NCBI GenBank assembly: GCA_047495785.1
Contig: JBLDXI010000013.1
Location: 4,030,001-4,094,000, forward strand
Origin: Lepidodermella squamata
Lineage: Eukaryota > Animalia > Gastrotricha
DNA: 64,000 bases
Direction: 5' to 3'
Under the pieces are notes generated by a model that did no database searches, had not been told where the DNA came from, and worked only from the letters and a program-made list of their open reading frames with translations. Every line of letters starts with the position of its first letter. Position 1 is the stretch's first letter. Both the position numbers and the translations under genes were made by a program. This document shows positions 34,464-47,001 of this stretch, in pieces.

Positions 34464-36053
34464 ATGACTTATGTGGAAAGGGATTACTATGATGAAGCCC
34501 TTCGTGTTTTGGATGAATTGAGCGTCTCTTGCCGGCTGCCCATTGCTGAATTTAACGCATCCGATTATTTGAATTTGACACGCTATGACAAAAGTGATCC
34601 AGTGAATGCTCTTTTGCACAAAGCCGCCACAATGACCAGTAAAAGTATTCCAACGTGTTGCGAATCAGATGTAGCTTATTGTAAGGAATTTCAAGTTCCC
34701 TGGGCCGACCTATGCTCGGAGTTTATTGTCAAACCGGATGACTCCGAAAATTTCTTTGATACGACTGGAAATGACACTGGCGGCGACGGAGGACTATCTG
34801 ATGACGAATACGGACCAGAAATTTCAGCTGATGAGATGCCGATTTTGCTAGATTGGTCATTCAAAGAAAAACCTCAAGAAATTGTTGCTCATATTTACCA
34901 AGATTTCATTGATCTTTTCGGTCTTGAAAATTTTCGCCAAGCAGTTGCACATTCGGGTGACGCTATCTCTGTGCCTGCAAACCGGATTGATTGGGCCGCG
35001 TCATTTCAACTTGATGCGAACTTACCTCCTGATGATTGCGATTACTTGTCAGATTCGATCGATGATAACACTAGCTGTCTTTCCCTCAAGGTTATTGCGA
35101 AAGAGTTAACCGCTCACATACTAGACGAGCCTGATGCGACCGCCGATCTCCCTATCATTTTATATTACCCAAACTCGGGACCGAACACTCCGCTTGATCT
35201 CGGTGAAATTGTTGATTGCCAAGTTGGAAATGAAGATCTCGACGGTGTTTTGCCAAAATCGGCTGTTGCTGAACAAATTCTGAACCTTTGGCTTGTTCAC
35301 GCAGATGAAATTTGCACTGAAAAGCTCGAATGTAATGATGACAATGATAATTATTGCTCTGACGATGCTGATTCTCTCAATGCTGAAATGCCCATCATGA
35401 ATGATCCCCAAACTGTTCCGACTTCTGAGTCATTTTTAAAGGCAATTGCTTCTGCTTTTAATGCTTCGGCCTCTAACAATATCGAAAAGCTTCTGGAGTT
35501 CAACTTCAACCCAGCCTTTGAAGATACCCATGATGAGATATGCTTGCATTATCCTCTTAACAAAATGAAAACGGTCAAGGCCGATAGTTCGAAAGAACGA
35601 TTAGATGAAGAATGGGATGCAATTTTTGAAGAGTACCTTCAATCAGATGCGGAAAAATCAAACGAACCTGAAGAGACAGATGACCCTATTTTAATTATCC
35701 CTCGGCAGCAGAGACCAACATTTTTTAAACCGAATTCCAGCCGTCAAGATCTAACCAGCGCTCGACAAATTACCCCCAATACTCCAGTTAGCAAAAACTT
35801 GAAACCTCCAACACCGGTCAAAGTTCGAAAATCCGATGAGTTCGAAATAACGTTTGACGTTGGAGATCTCGGTCTTGCCGAAGCTGAACATGAAGCCAGA
35901 CGAAAGAGCAGCTATTTTGATGATGATGATGACCCTGGCCTAGATTTCCGCGTTCAACTCTATGGCGGAACTCGCGAAACACCTCTTAACATGCAACAGC
36001 GATCGAGTGCCGTTCCAACTAATAAATTTCCTTACCGCAAACGAAAATTTTGA
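34464..36053 (+). CDS. Intronless 529-aa acidic protein of unknown function
   Basis: Long stop-free ORF, very D/E-rich, ending in a basic NLS-like YRKRKF; AATAAA at 36098-36103. Confidence 0.75.
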   Translation: MTYVERDYYDEALRVLDELSVSCRLPIAEFNASDYLNLTRYDKSDPVNALLHKAATMTSKSIPTCCESDVAYCKEFQVPWADLCSEFIVKPDDSENFFDTTGNDTGGDGGLSDDEYGPEISADEMPILLDWSFKEKPQEIVAHIYQDFIDLFGLENFRQAVAHSGDAISVPANRIDWAASFQLDANLPPDDCDYLSDSIDDNTSCLSLKVIAKELTAHILDEPDATADLPIILYYPNSGPNTPLDLGEIVDCQVGNEDLDGVLPKSAVAEQILNLWLVHADEICTEKLECNDDNDNYCSDDADSLNAEMPIMNDPQTVPTSESFLKAIASAFNASASNNIEKLLEFNFNPAFEDTHDEICLHYPLNKMKTVKADSSKERLDEEWDAIFEEYLQSDAEKSNEPEETDDPILIIPRQQRPTFFKPNSSRQDLTSARQITPNTPVSKNLKPPTPVKVRKSDEFEITFDVGDLGLAEAEHEARRKSSYFDDDDDPGLDFRVQLYGGTRETPLNMQQRSSAVPTNKFPYRKRKF

Positions 36054-36157
36054 CTTGTGCCTTAATTTTTTTAGTTTACTTACTACCGATTAAACCAAAT
36101 AAATATTGTGCTAATTAGATGCTAATCTTGTTTAGGATTTTGCATTGATTACGAAAA

Positions 36158-37892
36158 ATGACTAGCTTTCATCGAAAGTTCCTGACTACAAGTGGAATTT
36201 TATTTGCGAATGAAGTCGAGGATTCGAATTGTGAGCTGGCTCCAGTTGATTTAACATCGAAAAGAACGAGGTCATCTCCCCGGAATGAAGAGCCTGGTAG
36301 ATTGAGTAGAATTGTTTCTTTCGCAGCTTCGGACCAACTGCCGTTAGCTAGCCGCTCGGAATTGGATTTCGATAATAACGATGTTGTACCTCTTCGGATT
36401 AGCGATAAAAACTCAGCTGAAAATGCTCAAAATCCACAAGCGGGAGATAACGATCAGAATCGCCCCTCGCGAAGATTTGAATTCAGACCCAGAAAATCTA
36501 GTGAAAAACCCGCCTTCGAAGAGCCGACGCCATTCGAAGTACCCGAAAAGCGTAAAAAGGGCAGGCCTCTTTCTAGACCTCCGAGTGATCCTAAACCTGT
36601 AAAGACCGTTCGAGCAAAGAAAAGCGGCTCAAATGTTATTGATAAGATCTCACAAGCCGAAGAGGCGAAAAAGCAGCAGCGCGCGAAAAAACGAGCACTT
36701 TCGCCTGTTGATAACAAAGCGAAGGACCAACAGGGCCAAAATTCGGTTGAAGACGTTTTCAAAGAGCTACGTGACAGCATTTTCGGCCAAGGTTTCAGCT
36801 CGTTTAAATTTCTAAATTGAGCTAACTGTTTTCGTTCTAGGAATATGGATTCAATGCACTGGATGCTTGAAATGGCGCCATTTGCCACCTGGAACTGACC
36901 CTTCAGTCAAGCCTTTCCCTTGGTTTTGCAACATGAATGAAGATGAGCGTTTTAATGACTGTTCGATACCTCAAGAATACAATGCTGATGGCGAGGAAGA
37001 CCTGATCATGGCTGAATTCTCCATCGGATCTGTTGTTTGGGCTAAAACTCCCGGCTTCCCATGGTATATCAGCTTAAACAATTTCCTTAGAAAACATTCT
37101 TTATAAATTCTTTTAGGTGGCCAGCCATGGTTGATATCGACCCTGATAGTCTCTTATTCTACTGGCTGGACGATGATGAATCTAAAAAACTAGTGAGAAC
37201 TTTATTTAGCATTTCCAAGGACTTTTTATTTGGCGTGTCTCATTCAGACTCATTACAACGTGACTTATTTCGATGAAAACAAAGTAACTCGAGCCTGGGT
37301 AACTGTTAACAACGTGCGGCGTTTCACAGGCGAGGAAACAGGGAAAGACTGGGCGGTAGGATTTTTAATCCAAAATTTTAAAACTCCACCTCATTTCATT
37401 TTAGCTAACTGGTAAACACGTGAGTTACACGAAACAGCGCGATTTCGCCGTTGAAGAAGCAAAACAAGCATTGCTGCTGCCAATTGAAGACCGAGCAGCT
37501 CAGTATGGGTTTATCGCGAAAACGAGCAAAGCCGGCAATTCCAGTCACTATTTGCATAGAGTTGCGTCGCAAGTTTCGCCAACGCCGAGTCGGGATAGCG
37601 GTGTGTGCTCGAGACTATCGTTTCCAGTTGCAAGAACTCCGACACCAGCTAATATTGGACCATCTTCAGCTAAACGCCGCAAAAAGCCCGCGACGTCCGA
37701 GGAATTTGTATGCATTTCTCATTTATTCATTTGCTGCTGCTTTCAATTTGTTGAGTTTTGAAACCATCTTTCCCAAAGAGTTCAAGTTACAGCCCTTGGG
37801 CTATATTTAAGTCATTTACTGCTCCTACATTTTTCGCTGTTATTGTAATTCACACGAGTTTTGAGCAGCATTTAGATGATTTCGTCGAATAA
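36158..37892 (+). CDS. zf-CW + PWWP domain protein (ZCWPW1/2-like). Exons 36158-36791, 36841-37063, 37117-37192, 37248-37355, 37405-37707, probably 37869-37892
   Basis: WIQCTGCLKWRHL..WFCNMN..CSIPQE (zf-CW), followed directly by GSVVWAKTPGFPW|WPAMVDIDPD..YNVTYF..RAWV (PWWP). The 3' end is uncertain. Confidence 0.85.
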
Positions 37893-39259
37893 AGTTTAAT
37901 TTACCGCGGGCGATTTCAATAAATGTTAGTTAGTGCTTTTTGGGAAATTTCGGTGCTTTTCATCTAAATATCGAAATCCACTGAAAAGTGCAAAATTAGC
38001 ATTACAATTTGTTTAACTTAAAACTGGTTTGTCTAGGGATAATGAGGTGCGCCGGTCCTCATTTTTGTAAATATTTCGGTTTTCCCATGTTTCAGCAGCA
38101 AGAAAATGGAGGTTTTATATGGCATTAGATCGGCTTTGAGTAGCCTAATAACAACTATTCGAATTGTTTGAATTAATTGAATTAAATTGATTATTGTTTT
38201 TTTCATTTAAACAGGCTGATCGAATCATTCTTGAAGCAGCTCCCGACCCGAAACCAGCCTGTGCCCCGGCCCCAACTCGGCATTTGTCGCTGACAGAATG
38301 GCTCGCCTACGTTCCTGGGACGGAAACATCCACAAATTTTGCTTCTTGAACAAATTCCTTTATATATTTTTGCTAAAATCTGCGAGATCAAGAAACAGAA
38401 AGAAAATAAGTTTTCTACGATTTTCGAGTCTTGTCTATAAACTAGATTTTCTCGCTCAAACTCGCTCGAATCTGTGCTGCTGAATGTTTGGTTTATGATA
38501 TAATGAAGATGCTCAAAACTCTTTGAATTGTTATAAACCTCCGAGGAAATCGAACAAATTTAGATTTTTAAAAGCTGCAAACTCTCCAAGTCCATGTCTA
38601 TTCTTTCGAAATTTGAGATTCTGATGATAATTTGAATTATTAAAAAACGAAAAGCTCAATAATTTTTATAAATAGCCGCGAAATTTTCTTTTGTTTTCAG
38701 CGTGTTTTGTTTTGCGCCGGAAATTTTTCTTTTTCTCGCTTCCCTTTCTTTATTGTTGCTAGTTTGATTAAATAATAACACACGCGAGTTGCATCGCTGT
38801 AGATGCAAATATATGTATATTCTTGTCTGCTAGTGTTTGTCGATTATTAACACAGCCTACTTCTCTTGCCTTCTGCTCAATTGAAGATGGTGTTTTCGCG
38901 GTGATGAACAGCAATAAAAATGCGGAGAAATTATGAATAAAATGAATAACATCAACGGACGACGGGAATTTAAGGCGGAGATTTTCAATTACATTATATA
39001 CGAAAACCAAGGTGCTAAGGCTTTTGCATATTCCATAATGTTGCTTCTGGTCAAAAATTCACAGTTCATTTTAGGCTAGATTTTTTTGCAGAGGGGTCGG
39101 AATGGTGGTAGTGGTAGAGTCATTTTTTGTTCAAATCAGTAGTTGTAAACTGCAAAGATCCGATAGAAATGAAACCGATCCGCCATAAAGGTAAGTTCAT
39201 TCCTCTATCAATTTTTCAATTTTTTTGTGAACTTTATTTACCAAAACAATAAAAGCCAT

Positions 39260-40599
39260 TTAATGCTGTAGTTCTGGAGTTTCCCCACTTCTCCCCCGAC
39301 CTATCCATTGCTTCGAAGATGGGTAGTAGTTATCGTCCGCCCATTTTTCAACAATACCATTATCGATCATCAATTCGAAATTGACCCCACCTCGCGGCAT
39401 CATGCTCGGGCCTTCACGGTGATGTGGTACATTTTTAGCCCAAAGATAGCAGACCACTCTAACTACCACACTGAGAGTGACGTTCCAGAAATTCACCATC
39501 ACCCCTAGAAAAATCAGCTAAGAAGCTAGGGTTTAAAAGGTCAAGCTTATCTGTCTAACCTGGAGCTTTGAAATTCTTTTGATTGAGATAAGGGAAATAA
39601 TAGGTTGGAATTCCGAACTTTCCCTTCTCAAACGGATAGTAGTAAGTTATTGGTCCCAACAGCTCTGAATCGACCTGAGTCTATAACAAATTTGAAATAA
39701 TTACGTATCAAGAATTCAACCAAATTTACACACTTACCTCACCTTGACATGTAATCGGCAGATATTGCGGATCGAAGTCTTCTTCTCGCCAATCCAATGG
39801 AAATCCGGCGTCCATAAGTTCCTTGAGAATTGGAAAAATCGTTACGCCCCATATTAAGACCATTTTTCTAAAATGTACCTCAAGAGTTCTATAAGCTTCA
39901 GGAATCCAGCCATAGATTTTGTTCACTCTGATTAGGAAACAAGGTTGGCCATCGGCATACCCATATTCCATATTCCGATAGCAATAGGTTCCAAAATTTT
40001 GAGTGTTCAGCCGGCATGCGTAACGATCATCAGCTTTGTTCTGAAAGTTGCATATTTTCGTCCAATAGGTTTCCATATCCTCAGTGTAAGGACTGCTGGT
40101 GTGATTATGAGGCTCGTATAACTTCACTACGTCGTTTAGGCCTTTTACTAATTTCAGGTATTTTTCGCGATCGTTTCGATTGAACTGAACCAGCGTGTTG
40201 AAATAGGAATTATCGACCGGTCTCGGGCGGAAATTCAGTCCTAGGAATTCCGAGCCCTATGATTTTCGATTTTCTGAAAAATAATTAAAATATACCCGGT
40301 TCCAGTAGGATAATTGACGAAGATCTCGGACGATCAAGGCTCATCAATCGATAGTGGTGAAGGTAGCCGAAAGGAATTATTGGCAGCAATACGACGGTGT
40401 AGAAAATAATGTAGAATGAAGCTAACTGAAGGCATTGAATCCTCGTCCGCTTCCTTACTGGAAATGTTCCGGCGGTCTCATTCGGGATTTTTTCTCGCAA
40501 ACAAGTGGAAGATCGGTACCATCCGAATTTATTTTTATAAGCTGCGATGAGGTGATCATTCAAAATCTGTCGGGAAAAGTCCTTATCGGTTTTAATCAT
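39260..40599 (-). CDS. Na+/K+-ATPase beta-subunit-like gene 3. Exons 40599-40296, 40240-39879, 39821-39738, 39680-39560, 39504-39260
   Basis: TM segment (LASFYIIFYTVVLL), EP|GLNFRP, EYGYADGQPCFLIRVNKIYGWIP, LPITCQG, CYLWAKN and GGVNFELMID, plus a ~30-aa C-terminal extension. Confidence 0.88.
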
Positions 40600-41022
40600 T
40601 TTTGGAATTTTTTAAATTAAGAGGAAAATTTTGCAGCTGTAATGGCGTCATGAAATCATGTTTGCCTAATCTTGATGAAAAACTGCGTCGTATAATTTAG
40701 TTATTGCTGTCTTATCTTAGCGTCTCATGAATTGCTGGATAAACTTCAAGAGGGCAACTCGTCACGTGGCGCGGGGCGCGGCCCATGTTTTCAACTTTCG
40801 AAAGTGACCTGAAAAACAAAAAAGCACTTTTTCTTGATGTTGCGAGTCCAAGGAGCCAAGCGGACTTCGTCCAAGAAAAGCTCGTGCAATAAATTTTGAA
40901 CAATGAATTTTATGAAAAGCACGTGTTCATTTTCCCGCGCGCACGCTTTCCTGGTTCATTTATTTATATCGAATTGAAAAATTTTCTCATTCGATAATTT
41001 TGTGATTTAAATTGAATTTCAA

Positions 41023-42590
41023 ATGGCTCGTTTTGCCGTTATTCTAGCTGCGTTTGTAGCGTTAGTTGCCGCTAACCCCGATCCTCATGCTCACCATCGG
41101 GCGCCCAAACCGCAGGCTGACCCTCATGCCGGTCACCATGCCCAGCAGCGCCAACAGCCGAATCCTCATGCTGGTCATCACGCGAACAGCGCCAAATTGG
41201 AGCAACCAATTGCCGACCCGCATGCCGGTCATAAAATGCCGATGCAGCCGGTGAATGTCGCTGCTGCCCAGCCGCAGAAGATGTCAATCATCAAAATGCA
41301 AGCCGCCCATCACGATGGAGAACACAAGTGCAAGGATTCGCTCGGCAACACCCTGGAATACCACCCAGGTCGCCCTGACATTTTCAAGGTTGGTTCATAT
41401 CAAGAAAAAATTTAAATTTAATATTTTCCAAATATAATTTGATTCACATTTAAAAATTGTTGAAATTTTCCTTGAAATTTTGAAATTTACTGGAAATATG
41501 TTGACACACTCATCCGGGTCGGGTCTCAATTTCGGACCACTGGAAAATTTTGGGACGGCGGAATTCTGTCTATTGGTTAAACCATACCTATTTTATCTGA
41601 AAAAAAAATAAACAAATTGAATAATTTGAAAAAGTATTTATCGGCAAAATTATAATTATATCGAAATTATAATTATAATTAATTAATTTTTATTTAAATT
41701 TTTTTCAAGGTTACCCTTGGCTCTGAGACCGTGACCATTTCGTGCGCGCATGGCGCCTTCTTCAACCCGCGCACGTGCAGCTGCGAAATCGCCCCCGAGA
41801 TCTCCATCGACGAAAACCAGTGCCACCTCTACCTGCCTTTTGACGAAAGCCTGCAAGACAAGTCGTTCCACAAGTTCCAAACCTTGGTGCAAGGCAGCGG
41901 CCAGGTCACGCATAGCAAGAAAACCACAGCCATCGGCTCGACTGGTTCGGCCTACTTCGACAAGCGCGCCAAGCTGGAAATCCCCGGCCGCGACAAGTCC
42001 AACACTCGCATGCACATTTCAGCCACGTGGTGCGCTTTCTTCCGCTGCGACTCGACCAAGGAATCTCAGGACCGCCGCACTGTCTCGTGCCTCGAGAACG
42101 GTGGCCTCATCGAAAACCCGAGTGATGAACGAGTCGTCAACGCCGATCAAGTCCCGGCTTCGTTCTCGCTCAGCGTCAAGGACTCTAAGGTGGTTGCTAA
42201 GTTGGCCTATGGAGAGAGTGACGACGATTTGGTCACCCTGGAGAGCGAATTCAGCGGAAACCCAAGCGGTTTTGTCCATGTCTGCGTCGTTCACGATTCA
42301 AATGACGACAAGCTTTACATCAACAAGGTAAATTAAAATATTTGAATTTTTTAATAATTTAACGTTATTTTTCGAAATTTCAGCAATTGGCGGATTCTAA
42401 GCCCAGCCTGTCTAAGCTGCTCCCAGTTGCCGGTCCCTACTCGATTGGCTACAGCAAATTCGCTGGTTTCTTCCGAGGCCATATCGATGAGGTCCTCGTT
42501 TGCGATCGCGCCATGAACCCGGATGAAGTTGCTGCTCATCACGACGGCAATCGCGGCTACTTCAAGACCAATGAATACATTCCCAAGTAG
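41023..42590 (+). CDS. Secreted protein with His-rich repeats, a degenerate chitin-binding type-2-like module and a LamG/ConA-like domain (Pif-like architecture). Exons 41023-41388, 41710-42327, 42384-42590
   Basis: Signal peptide MARFAVILAAFVALVAA; four (D/N)PHA(G/H)H repeats; SCAHGAFFNPRTCSC; LYLPFDESLQDKS..SAYFD..LEIP..HVCVVHD..LYIN..FRGHIDEV (LamG3-like). Confidence 0.8.
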
Positions 42591-43348
42591 AAGAAAATCA
42601 AGCAAAAAAAACACAAGACAAGACAGGAATTAGATTAACTCGATTCTTTAGCTCAATTGTGAAATGTTTCAAAGTTTATTTCAAAGTTTCTCCAGAAATT
42701 TAAGTTAATAAAACGGCCTACAGTTTCAAGACAGAAATTGAACGTGCAGTAAAATCGTTTTATAACCGGAACATACAACCCTACGAATTCCACAAAAAAC
42801 GGTAACTGGTGTAGCTGAACATTAATATAATCGTGAATACCTGTTTGTAGGTTTCAAGATGTTGTGTAACATGGGAACAAAATTAGCTAACCTTAACAAT
42901 TCCCTGGTAAATAACAATTATTGGTGTATTTTCATTCTCTTCGAATAATCAATGAAAATCCGAGTTTTTCCATGATTAGGATCGCATTAGATGCATTATT
43001 CATCCTAGAAATCAATATCGGATTCAGGTGTTGTTATCAACGCGCGGGTGATATAACTCAAAACTCGCGAATTCAAATCAACTGTTTTCCAGTTGTATCT
43101 AAATTATTGAGCATTTAAAAAAATTGTTATTCGACAATTATTTTGGCTGCATCAGGCTCAGGTCCGGCTCGCATTTGAATTCAGCGGGTAATAAAGTGCA
43201 GTCATGTGCCCCAAAATACCGGAAAATGACCCGTACATTTTTGGCCGTTAATTATCAGCGCAGGTGATTTTTTATTGCAGCACTGGACAATAAAAAAATC
43301 ACCGTCGCTGAATAAAGCGGAAGTATGTTTGTCGGTCAAGTGGATAAA

Positions 43349-43400
43349 AGCGTCGCACAAATGACACCCGTCCCTTGCCCGCCCACCCGGATTTATTATT
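43349..43400 (+). repeat. Non-coding element, copy 1
   Basis: AGCGTCGCACAAATGACACCCG...CGCCCACCCGGATTTATTATT; the first 22 nt are identical to copy 2. Confidence 0.8.
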
Positions 43401-44977
43401 CTTAATTAGGAAGATGTTTTTTGGGCTTCTGAGGGTCAGTTGCATGTTTTGGGGTTTGGCGTTGTTTTATAAGCCAGAAATATTTCCTCGCTCCGCTCGG
43501 ATAAATGCATTGAATTCTAGCCAATTTCAGACGCTACATTTTTACTTGCGCGCAAGGTAAGCCTAAAAACCTCACTTTAAAACCCTATCAGCAGTTTTTG
43601 GTGTGTAAAATTGTAAATACCAAATGCTAGGAAATTTAAAGTTTTCCATTTAATCACCCCAAAATGCAATATTCCGCACCAATAGTGCCTAATTTACACA
43701 CCAGAGAGCTGCTCAAAAAATACGCTGCTATCTATCGCTTAAAAGCGCTCAAAAGCTTCAACTCTCGATAATTGAAGCGTGCGGCCGGGAGAGAGAGTGG
43801 GAGGAAGAGAGTGGGTAGCCAGCTCACCCTCTGATCTTCCATACCTGTCTATATGTCGGCCGGGAGGGCCCTATTTGATCATCGATTGAGGGTTCAAGCG
43901 ACAATGCGGCCGGAAAGGTCGTCAGCCGGCCCCCATTTCTGGCCGGGAGCAAAAATAGTTTTAGAACCCCTGCACTAAAAATCTGGATTTTTTACAGTGC
44001 CTTGTGTTAAACTCGGTGGCTTGGCATGTTTCACGTGCTCTCTGTTCGCTGCCAATTCGTCGCGCCCGTGAAAAGACCGTCTGTTTTTTTGTGCCTTACC
44101 ATTGCGTCTGATTCTTTGGGTGTTTTAATAGTTTATCGTCCGGTTTTTATTTTCCAGTTTTACAGGCTCCGCTTCCAGCTGGTTTTTTCTCAAATTAGTC
44201 ATTTTTCGTAATCATTTACCCGTTGTTATTTGCATTCAACTTTGATGCATTTTTACATGTTTATATTAGGGTTCTCCTTGGTTGATTAGGGATTTTACTA
44301 TATCTTGATATCAAGAAAAATGTATGATGTGCGCTCGCAGGTCTCACCAAGTTTTTACATCACACGCTGTACACTGTATACTTATGCGACAGGGTTTTTT
44401 CTTTTTCTCCTCGGAATTTCGGGAAGCTCAGGCTTAAGCAGCGGATGAAAGATTTTTCCATGTAAACACCAATGGTTATTGGGCTATGAAGTCTTCTACA
44501 CAGCTCATTTCGAGGTGAGCTGCAGTAATGGGCGACCCGAAAATTCGGGGAGAACACACAAAAACAGCCTATTAGCCGTTAGTCGCGTGATCACACAGTA
44601 AGCCGCCGCAGTATTTTTGACTCGCTTTTTAAAACTGGCCGTTTGTGGCTTGTGTGTATTTTGTGTTGCAGCAAACAGCGACAAACAGCAATAAAGCAAT
44701 AAACAGAAAGACGCTCGCGCATTAATTTTATTTCCATAGGAGTTGCACGCTTCTAAAAATTGCGAAAACAAAATAAAAAGTGCGCCTTAAAAATGTTCGA
44801 ATTGAAATTTGTCGAAAGCTGATTGGCTCGTCAGTGACTCAAAACGCCAGAAATTTTCTATAAAAGGGAAGAAAAGGAAGAGCGCCGCGTTAGAGCCGCG
44901 GCGCAACTGGAAGAGTGGAAGAAGAAGGGAAGAGAGAGGGAAGAATAGAAGGAAGATAGAGAAGAAGGAAGAGGAAG

Positions 44978-45018
44978 AGCGTCGCACAAATGACACCCGC
45001 CCAGCCGGATTTATTATT
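44978..45018 (+). repeat. Non-coding element, copy 2, directly after a GA-rich polypurine tract (~44910-44979)
   Basis: AGCGTCGCACAAATGACACCCGCCCAGCCGGATTTATTATT. Confidence 0.8.
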
Positions 45019-46975
45019 AATTTGAGACTCGCCGACGGCCACCCTCATCGCTGATCAAAGAGCTGGTAATTAACACGCGGGCGGCGCACGTGCAATAACA
45101 TTTTTACATCGCGCGACCCGCTCGCAAACAATGTAGTTACTTTGACCACGGATATTATAGTAATACAACAGGTGAGTATTAGGCGGCGGCAGGCATGCAA
45201 GTGGCAGGCGCTTGCCATTTTGCGATCAAAACGGCCGATAATTACGAGGAATGTGCGTAATCGTTGCGCTCGGCAAGTTTTTAGGTAGCTATCTATTTTT
45301 CTGCAGGTCATGTTGCGGTAATAAATCAGAGCATCTCAGGTTAGTCGAGTGCCAGTTATCCAACTCACCCGGGACCTATATATACCTAATATATAACTGC
45401 TCACTTTTGCTCGTCTGTCATAATTATTTATTTCACTTGTCGAAAATTGTTTATTTATTCACGGGCTTTTTTGTAGCCAATCATCGAATTGGCATTTATT
45501 TTTTGACAGCCAAAGATGATGATAGATATGAGCGCATTGATAACGCGCAGCCTTCTTATTATATTATTATCGCAGCCAAGAAATTTCTAGGGCGCGGCTT
45601 GAACGAAAGTTGCCAGACGACGCTTTGATAAGCGTGGAAACTAGCAAAGCGTAATTTATAGCTTCTCAATTCTCATAATATGTTTATTACAATTTTAGCC
45701 GTTGCAAAGCCAGTTGCGTAGGCTGTGAGCAGAAAATATCTCGAGATTATTAAGGTGCCTGTACAGGTACCTAACCACTTTATTACTAGGTTATGATGCT
45801 GCGATACTATATACCAACCCGAAATAATGATGCCGAGTCAATCAACATAAACATCCGCCTGGTTTTTTCGCTGTTGCTGGGCGCCATGTGTTTTCGCGCA
45901 AATCAAGGCGCCGTTATGCGCGTGTGCACTCTTATTGCTTTACACCCTGTTGCTCGCTGCGCCCTAATGAGAACACAATTGCCGCTCATTGGCGTGTATT
46001 TTTCGTCATTATCATCATCATCAGTTAGTCGATTTGCTTGTGGAAACAGGAAAAAACACGTTAGTGTTAATGTTTTAACCCCATTAGCCGATCTGTTTCT
46101 GGCGATTTAGACAATTTTCACCTGGCCGTTTTGCGCAAATTTGTTCGTCCGTTTTTCAAACCGAACTCGAACTGGTCAAGGTCGGCAACTAATGTTTACC
46201 GGCTAATGATTTCAAAAAACAATATAACTTACCGGTTTCTCAACTCTTCTTGCGCATATTTTGCTTCGCTTTAAACCCTAATCGCTCGGGGAAAAGCCGG
46301 TTTTTTCTACCGTTTTTGCGAACCTATTCGGACATTTTAACGTCACTGAAGTCGTTCTTTGAATTTAGTAAATTGTTTCAGCATGATAAAATAATTTTCC
46401 GAAATTAAAAAAAATGCTACCAGCACCCAATTTCAGGCTTTTTTTAAGGAGGGGTCTATCCACAACCGACCAGTTAGTTTTTAGATCCCAAGTCTCTAAC
46501 TCCATTTTTTACCCACAATTCCACGCTCTATGCTCCACAAAAAACAATCTCACTTCGTTAACAACCGAATTCCAAATTTCTCAAGGATGCCCATTTTTCA
46601 AACTGAAAAGAAAAATTAAGGTTGAAATTAAGGTGGCTCTTTGAAATTAGTTTCTAGTTGTAAAATGTCGTTTTCTCATTTTTTCTGCAGGTCGAACCGC
46701 CCGCAACGTAAAATTCTGGTTTCGAGCACCTTTCCCCCTCACCGCATGTGTAATAATGAAATAGAGCAAGTGCGCGCAATAAAAGCCGCAGCGCGCGACC
46801 TAGGTCATTGGGCTCCGCGATTATTGCCTATAATTGCGGGTTCCGTTCGGTACCATTCGAAACGTGCAATTAAAATCAATCTGAGCGAGAAAAGAGCGCC
46901 AAATTTAGGTGGGAGCCGTAGAACGTTGACAAATTAGTAAATTTCGGTTTTGATGGCCGACTAAGCTAAGGTGAC

Positions 46976-47001
46976 ATTTATTTATTTATTTATTTATTTA
47001 T
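46976..47001. repeat. (ATTT)n microsatellite
   Basis: About six tandem ATTT units. Confidence 0.85.

Noticed and set aside
38050-39206. Possible further cistron downstream of Na/K beta 3 (AATAAA 39238-39233, AG 39206-39205, ATG 39200)
   Set aside because: The junction fits the operon pattern, but every downstream frame closes within ~30 codons and no exon chain could be built.
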